Positions 56,531 through 64,000 of a stretch of DNA of 64,000 nt are shown piece by piece; positions within the stretch are counted from its first letter, which is position 1, and the number at the start of each line of letters is the position of its first letter. The notes beneath the pieces were generated by a model. It had not been told where the DNA came from, did not search any database, and saw only the letters and a program-made list of their open reading frames with translations. A program made the position numbers and the translations under genes. This stretch comes from Octopus vulgaris (taxonomy: Eukaryota): contig OX597815.1 of the NCBI GenBank assembly GCA_951406725.2, forward strand, positions 201,128,001 through 201,192,000, in the 5' to 3' direction.

Positions 56531-57668
56531 TTTAAGTTGAATTAGCATGAGAAAGAAAATATTTAAGGATTTTGATACTTCGGAGCAATTTAGGCGTTTC
56601 ATGAATATTTTAAGTGACGCAATCAAGTACTACTTACATCGATGTTCAACGGCGTAACTAGCGTTATTATATCAAAATAAATATCATTGTGTTTTTCAAT
56701 TTTTCTGTTTAACAATTTACTGCATCTAGTGAAATGAAATTCATTTCGTAATTTTAAGGAAATAGAAATCATAGTTCCATGTAAGTGTTGATTGTGTTGC
56801 TCGCACTCATATTTCTATAAATTTATATCTATTTAACATTTATTCAAGGTAATAATATTTTTCATAAATTTCTATAGAGATAATTTATTATGTTTTTTTT
56901 TTCAAACTGTGACACATTTTCCGCGTTTACTGATTACTCTCAATTACATGCTTCAATTTTCAAGCATTCACTTGATGCTGTAAGATATACTGAAACAAGG
57001 TTTTCGTCGTAGTATTTTTTTTGTTAGTCTTTGTAAGGAAAATCGGATCATACATTAAATGTCATTTATATGATTCTATGCTCTATGTCCCCAAGTTATT
57101 AGGAACGTGATGAATTTGGGCAGATGAGTGCACATATCTACTGAAATGCATGTACAAACACACGCTCCCATATGTGTCTCTGTGTGTTTGTGTGTGTGGG
57201 TGTGTGCATACTTACACACAATTACAACCACACACACATATAATTATATATAAGCGTGTATAGAGCTGATGTTAATTTTAATTGTAAATATATTATAGGT
57301 GTATCGAAAAAGAAAAATAACATCATAGCTTACACATTCAGATCCATGAATGCAAGGTATAATTAAATATTTCGCTTCAAATTGAGTTACATTTATTTTT
57401 CGAGATATGGCATTAATATGTATATATGCGTGTGTGCACGTGTGTGCGTGTGTGTGCGTGTGTGTGCCAGTTAGATTGAATTTTCGTGCCAAGAATTCTA
57501 TAGTTGCGCGCACGCTCTTTTACGAGAGATATGATATGGATATGTATAAGAAGGTTCATCCGCTCCTGATTATAATATATGAATAATAGTAAACCTGTGA
57601 TCTTCAATTTCAACTTACAATGCAATTTCTATAAATATATATATATATATATACCATACATATATATA

Positions 57669-57738
<70 letters not shown>

Positions 57739-57827
57739 CAAATATATATATGTATATAAATATATATATTTATACATATCTATGTACATACATATATATG
57801 TATATGTCTGTATATACATATATCTGT

Positions 57828-57882
<55 letters not shown>

Positions 57883-58401
57883 TATGTATATAAATAAATA
57901 TGTATGTACATATTCATATATATATATATATATGCGTGTATACACACACGCATATATGTATATAAATAAATATGTATATACATATATATATATTCATATA
58001 TTTATATTGAGAGAGATGGAGAGAGTGAACGAGAGCGATGGTGACGTTCTTACTATTACTGTGATTGATCTTTGCTCCTTCTTATTTTGAATATATCTTT
58101 CATGAGTGACATATCACAAGAGATACCATCATAAGATTGTTATTATTACTAATAGAAAGAAGTAGATTTTAAGACTTGCCGAAAGGACACTTGGAATTGA
58201 AATACATAGAAACTTATGTCAGATTTTATCCAATATCTTTTACTTTCACTTTTCATTATGAATTATTGCATACGCTACGAAGCATAATGCGTGCTATTAC
58301 ATGGCAGTTAGAAAAGATGGCAGTATACGAAATTTTGCAATCTGAACTCTAAAACGTTACTGCATTTTTCTCGTGCATTTTCACCAAATAACATAAATCT
58401 T

Positions 58402-58454
<53 letters not shown>

Positions 58455-58456
<2 letters not shown>

Positions 58457-58715
58457 GGGGTTGTGGTGTGTCTGTGTGTCCTCTCTCTGTTCCCAACTTT
58501 GAACCTCCATAAAGCCCACATTTTATTGTGGTAGTTTTGTGAGCAACTGACTTTGAAGACCCATGTTGTCTTGAAATGCTCAAAATGAAGAGTAGATAGA
58601 CAGCCGAGAACTGATGAACTGTGGTTCTTCACGTTACTTGTCATGTCTTCCATTTGTTCCTCTCGTTGTTTGTGCATTGAACCCATTTTTTTCGTATTTC
58701 ATGTTGTTTACTGTT
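58455..58715 (+). mobile_element. Probable PLE pseudo-LTR with degenerate hammerhead (58568-58601)
   Basis: GTC-TTGAAAT-GCTC(aaaatgaa)GAGT-AGA-TA-GAC; tail ATTTGTTCC..TCGTTGTTTGT resembles the 2.6-kb piece. Confidence 0.4.
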
Positions 58716-58787
58716 GGTGACGTCATGTACCCATATATGCACATGTATATACGTATTGGAATAATTACTATGACGCTTTGTGTAGAA

Positions 58788-59390
58788 TATAGTGTATAAA
58801 AGATCGTGGGCAAGGCCAAAACATTGCTGAGTACATGCTTGTTAAATCACAAGAAAACAAATATGTAAACTAATGTAGACTTACCTTATATTCAACAGTT
58901 CGGGGTTATGACACCATTCTCAAGAAATTGACGAATTGTGTCAGAGGGCCTATGTCGTATATGAGATAATCTGTGGCAAAGGTTGCGCATCACATATCGG
59001 AATCCGAAGAAAGCTGCATGTTTGCATTAAGGAACACATGCAACCAGACACCTCCGTGAAGAAACATTCACGAAAATGCCAGAACTTGGAATTCACAGCA
59101 CACATCAAGGCAATACATCGGAACAGGGGCAACCTTAGAATCTTTGAGGCATCAACAATGCAAGGGAGTTACAGGAGGTTAGCTGGTTGCTATAGCAACA
59201 CTCTTCAGCACATGTCCACTCCACATACACTCACACACACGCACATCAGCAAAATTCGTCAATTTCTTGAAAATGGGGTCATAACACCGAAATATTAAAT
59301 ACAAGAAAAGTCTACATTAATTCACCTAATTATTTTCTTCTGATTTATCTTTCATTGACTTCGCATTGTTTTCGCCTCACCCAAATCTTA

Positions 59391-59397
<7 letters not shown>
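58788..59397 (+). mobile_element. 5'-truncated Penelope-like element: GIY-YIG endonuclease between inverted pseudo-LTRs
   Basis: ORF 58936-59298 reads VVYEIICGKGCASHIG..RKL..CIKEH..SVKKH..C..LRIFEA; inverted arms 58788-58937 and 59253-59397 each carry a hammerhead-like motif. Confidence 0.85.
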
Positions 59398-59450
<53 letters not shown>

Positions 59451-59486
59451 AAAATTTTTTAAAAATGCAGAATCTCAAATCTTTTA

Positions 59487-59610
<124 letters not shown>

Positions 59611-59633
59611 GTATACATATATTTATATACATA

Positions 59634-59695
<62 letters not shown>

Positions 59696-60189
59696 CATAG
59701 GTAGACACACGTACATATAAGAATATATCTGTAAATGTAGATACTCACAAAACGCACATACGCGCACATACACACACACAGATATTGATGAGTGTTATGT
59801 GTGGATGTGTATGTAGAAGACAATTTGGTTTACACTATAGTTAAGTATTAATAATGGCAATCAGTGTGAACGGTTAACACTTTTCGGTAAAATGATATTC
59901 TTTTACGTTTTACGACCATTTATACCGTGGTTTACTCATGCAAATCTCCCCAGAATTGTCCATGAGTCGGGTGTTTCCTAAGTTCATATTGTTGTATCGA
60001 GCCACTCTGGAACGTGGTCTTAAAAACAAATTGGTATTTTTTGCTAAGCGTTGTGAAACGAACACAAATGCAAAGACACACGCAAACACGAACATAAATA
60101 CATAACTACAAGCATGTATACCCATAGATACATAGAAAGATGCATACGCATGTATAAATACAGACGTTCACATACAAACATGAATACCT

Positions 60190-60373
60190 ATTTCTTTACT
60201 ACCAACAACGGGATAAATACAGAGAGGACAAACAAGGACAGACAAATGGATTAAGTCGATTATATCAACCCCAGTGCGTAACTGGTACTTATTTAATAGA
60301 CTATGAAAGGATGAAACGCAAAGTCGACCTCGGCGGAATTTGAACTCAGAACGTAACGGCAGACATGAATACC
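60190..60373 (-). mobile_element. Meta-domain-type SINE body
   Basis: Aligns with 40566-40740. Confidence 0.85.
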
Positions 60374-61454
60374 AACGCGTAGAAGCTTACCTCTAAAAAC
60401 ATACGAACATAGATAAATACAAATATGCACACATACATCCGTGGTGAACCCGCAATTTCTGTTGCGCTGCAAAGACATGAGTCGGCATACAACTATCTTG
60501 TAAGCCGCTCGCATGGCCTACAGAAGCAGCGAGATTTTGGAACACACGTCGTAGCCATGGAACCGCGTCGGCGCCTAATGTCACATCGCATATTTCAAAA
60601 CGGAGTACACAAAATAGCGTTGTACTTGGTGTATGATGGGGATATCACATGCTATGTCAATACCACGATGTGTGTGTGCGTGTGTTTCTGTATGCGTTTT
60701 TGTGATTTTGTGAGGATATATATTTGTGCGTATAGTTTCTTTAGCGAAAATATGAATATACGAATTCTTAAGTCGTATATGCTATATTAACGAATGCTAT
60801 GCATTATCATCTTTTAAGAGAATCCTTTCCTACATTTTCTCATACTTAATGAGAAACATGTAGAAGATTAATGTTTATTGATATCAATATATATTTCTTT
60901 TTAAATATCAATGGAAACCTTTAATGTAGCTTTTCTTAAATTATTTGATCCGTTGCGAATAGCTCTAATTTATATTCTCCAAATTTCGATAATTCATTTT
61001 CTTGTTTCAGGCTGAATTCAAGTGCGTTTTCTATATTTTTGTATTGCCTTATGCTGTTTTCTCTTTAAATAATCGCACCAAATACACACTTTGTTAAAAT
61101 TACATATGCTTTTATTCAAAAGATTGCAAATGTTCACATTGCTTTAAGACTTGATTTTACGCGGAACCTGAAGATATACATTTAATGTCACATAGTTGCT
61201 TTATAATTTGGAAAAAAAAACACACAATTATTTGCTTATGAGATTAATATCACCTCACTTAAGAACGAATACATTTCGCCAGAAAGTTTCCTATTCATCA
61301 CGTGTATTGTAACTGTATTTCTTTTTTAAGTATTTGATAAATGTTTGTATACAACATTATTGAACTTGTGTCGCTAACAAATTATATGCATATATAATTA
61401 CATGCATGCATACAAACATATATGTATGCAAGTATGTATGTATGTATGTATGTA

Positions 61455-61563
61455 ATTATTCAGTTTATTTCAAGATTTATTACCAATAGTGAAAGAACAG
61501 GTTTCTAACCTAGATCCAATGTTCCTTCATTGGAATTTCAGCATCAATAACAGGGTATTTTTG
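61455..61563 (-). mobile_element. Probable PLE pseudo-LTR remnant with degenerate hammerhead (61491-61540)
   Basis: Minus strand GAAATT-CCAATGA-AGG...GGTTA-GAAA-CCTG-TT-CTTTC followed by AATAAA; sits in (TATG)n. Confidence 0.4.
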
Positions 61564-62931
61564 TATGTATGTAGTTATGTATTTATGTATTTGATTATGC
61601 ATGTATGTATGTATGTATGTATGTATGTATGTATGTATGTATGTATGTATGTATGTATGTATGTATGTATGTATGTATGAGCAGATTTGTTTGCTTTTAT
61701 GTATGTATTCTCGTGCATATAGTTTCATATCTAGACATCCTCATATGTATTTAAATGATAAACTTCTGGAAAGTTTACAGTTCCAGTGATGGGTTGGATC
61801 TGCAGTCTTCGAATATCATTTTTCATTTAACCGAGACGTTTTCACCGGATATTTGGATTAAAACTCTTGGTGGACCACCGGTATTTAAGAAATTCGCAAT
61901 TCAAAAGGCTTGTGTGTATAGTTCGCTTTTATTTAGTACTTTCAGCCGCATGATATCCGCTGTATGATTACTATTTCTTTTTTCTATATAAAATTTGAAG
62001 TATAATGCTATCTTAATCAGAAGTGACTACATTTAATGAAACCTATTACTACCATCGTAAGCATTTCATTTTGGAATTACTATTATGTTACTGTGCTAAA
62101 TAAAAATTTTAGTAAACACCTATATATTAATATAATTCTTTCGACTGTTATCGTTCATATATTGTTTCTACTATATGTACAATGCCTGGACGTTTCGGAG
62201 TAGTCGATTACATTGACTCTGGTGGTCATCCAGTATCTGTTTTATCGACTCCAAAATGAAAAAAATGGTAACATCGGCAGAATTAGAACTCTGAACGTAA
62301 ACTTTTATTTCATAATTTACCTGCTTTCTAAATACTTGTTCTATAATTATTAATTAATCATTTTAAGGGAAAAACATGAAATATTGTAAAACAAACAATT
62401 TCATTATAAAATTCACGAGTGTTTGTAGAGAGTGTTATGTTTTTTCATTCAATAACCAATCGATATATAACGCATCTTTTTCAGCGATGGAGAAAGGCTA
62501 GAATTTTGGAGTAGCCAAGCACAAATCATATGTATGTCTGATCCTAGGTATTTAAATTGTATGATAAATCCTCATGTCGCTTCTTTCACCTAAAAGCAAA
62601 AATATTTGATTTCATAACGTTTTTTTTTTTTGTCTCTCTTTTTTTTCATTTCTTGCCATATGTTAAAATGTTTTAAATGATTAAAGAAAGCTCTGGTGTC
62701 ACTTAGTATGTACAAAGTTCATAGAGGTCATTTTAGAGTTGTATTTCAGCAACAACAGACTTTATATTTTGATTTTAATTCACACATATTTCGTTTAGCT
62801 TGGTAGATTATATAATGTGCGTGTGTGAGTATCTATCTGTGTATTAATGCACACATCTCTCCCACTCCTGCACACACACATGTGCCCTCTTATATCTATA
62901 TATTTATCTATCTACCTATCTATCTATTATA

Positions 62932-63007
<76 letters not shown>

Positions 63008-63499
63008 CATATATATATATACATACATATATACATATATACATATATATACATACAAACACAAACATGTATGTTTTCTCTAGAATTTGACTGTTATTTT
63101 ATTTAGAATTTTATAAATTGCATTTTGCGAAATTAAATAAACCACATATTCAATTTAAATGTCACTTCCTTGCGACATTTATTGCTATGTGTAATTTATA
63201 CGTCCGATTTTTTTCTGAGAATTAAATAAATGATGATGTAAGACAATGGATGTAACGTTCAATTTACCGTTCGTTATATTTTTGTATCCTAATGATTTGT
63301 ACTTTACAGATATAAACAAATGTGATGCTTATGCAATGTTATTAGATATTGTTTAGTAATAATGATTAATCAGTCGTCTTATTTTCGCAAATAATATATT
63401 ATAATTGCTTTAAGTTAATATTTCTGATACATATTTTTGTCATCAGGCTATCACGCTGCCAAAAGTACATTATGTTAGCTTGCATTTGTCCAGGCAGTT

Positions 63500-64000
63500 T
63501 ACAAGGTAGCATCAAAAATTTCCCGAACTAATTATATTTAATAAAAATAATACACTTACCTAAGTTTGAACATCATCTTCTTCGAAATTGTAACCCCGTG
63601 CAGCAATAAACTAATCTCAGTTTTCCTGCCACTTTTGAATCCGGCCTAGAAGTCGTTTTCCTTAAGCGAGATGGGGACCTTCTGCGATTAGTTTGGATCT
63701 CGACAACGGGATTAAAAGTGTGGCTTTGAGCTGCCTTTTCATTTTGGGGAAAAGATGGAAGTTCGCAGAAGCTAAATCTGGTGAACAGAACGGGTGCAGA
63801 AGCGATATATTGTTGCATTTGGTGAGAAACTCTCGATTGAACAGAGCTCGGTTACAGAATGCATTTTCGTCCTCAATGACCCAATTCTAAGCGCTCCAAA
63901 GATCCAGTCGCATTCGTCGAATGTTTTCCCTTAAATACTTCAAAGTGTCACTGATTTCCCTCTGACGATCCTCATGAAAAAGCTAATGGATTTTCTTCAC
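63500..64000 (-). mobile_element. mariner transposon 3' part (TIR plus transposase relic) running off the window
   Basis: TIR-like TACAAGGTAGCATCAAAAATTTCCCGAAC; minus strand gives LLHPFCSPDLASANFHL and GFKSGR..IAARGYNFEED; same family as 29249-29700. Confidence 0.82.

Overview
Eukaryotic, very AT-rich DNA saturated with microsatellites, with one 100-N scaffold gap. The SINE families look like those of Octopus (inferred from recalled repeat sequences, not from a search). I can support no intact host protein-coding gene: nearly all listed ORFs are translations of (TA)n, (CA)n or (AAT)n tracts or of SINEs. The window is a dense layer of decayed transposons: at least four tRNA-derived SINE families, mariner transposase fragments, RTE and R4/Dong LINE fragments, two non-autonomous Helitrons, a hAT MITE, and many Penelope-like element (PLE) pieces (RT, GIY-YIG and pseudo-LTRs, pLTRs). 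The main hidden signal is about 8-10 minimal type-I hammerhead ribozyme motifs from several unrelated PLE pLTR families, mostly next to (TA)n tracts. They have palindromic stem III (dimer type) and variant cores, including one intact motif with a U3-A8 compensated core at 16387-16424. Also notable are a near-perfect ~370-bp foldback hairpin (19038-19405) and a SINE flanked by a 103-bp direct repeat. All motifs, alignments and identities were read by eye.
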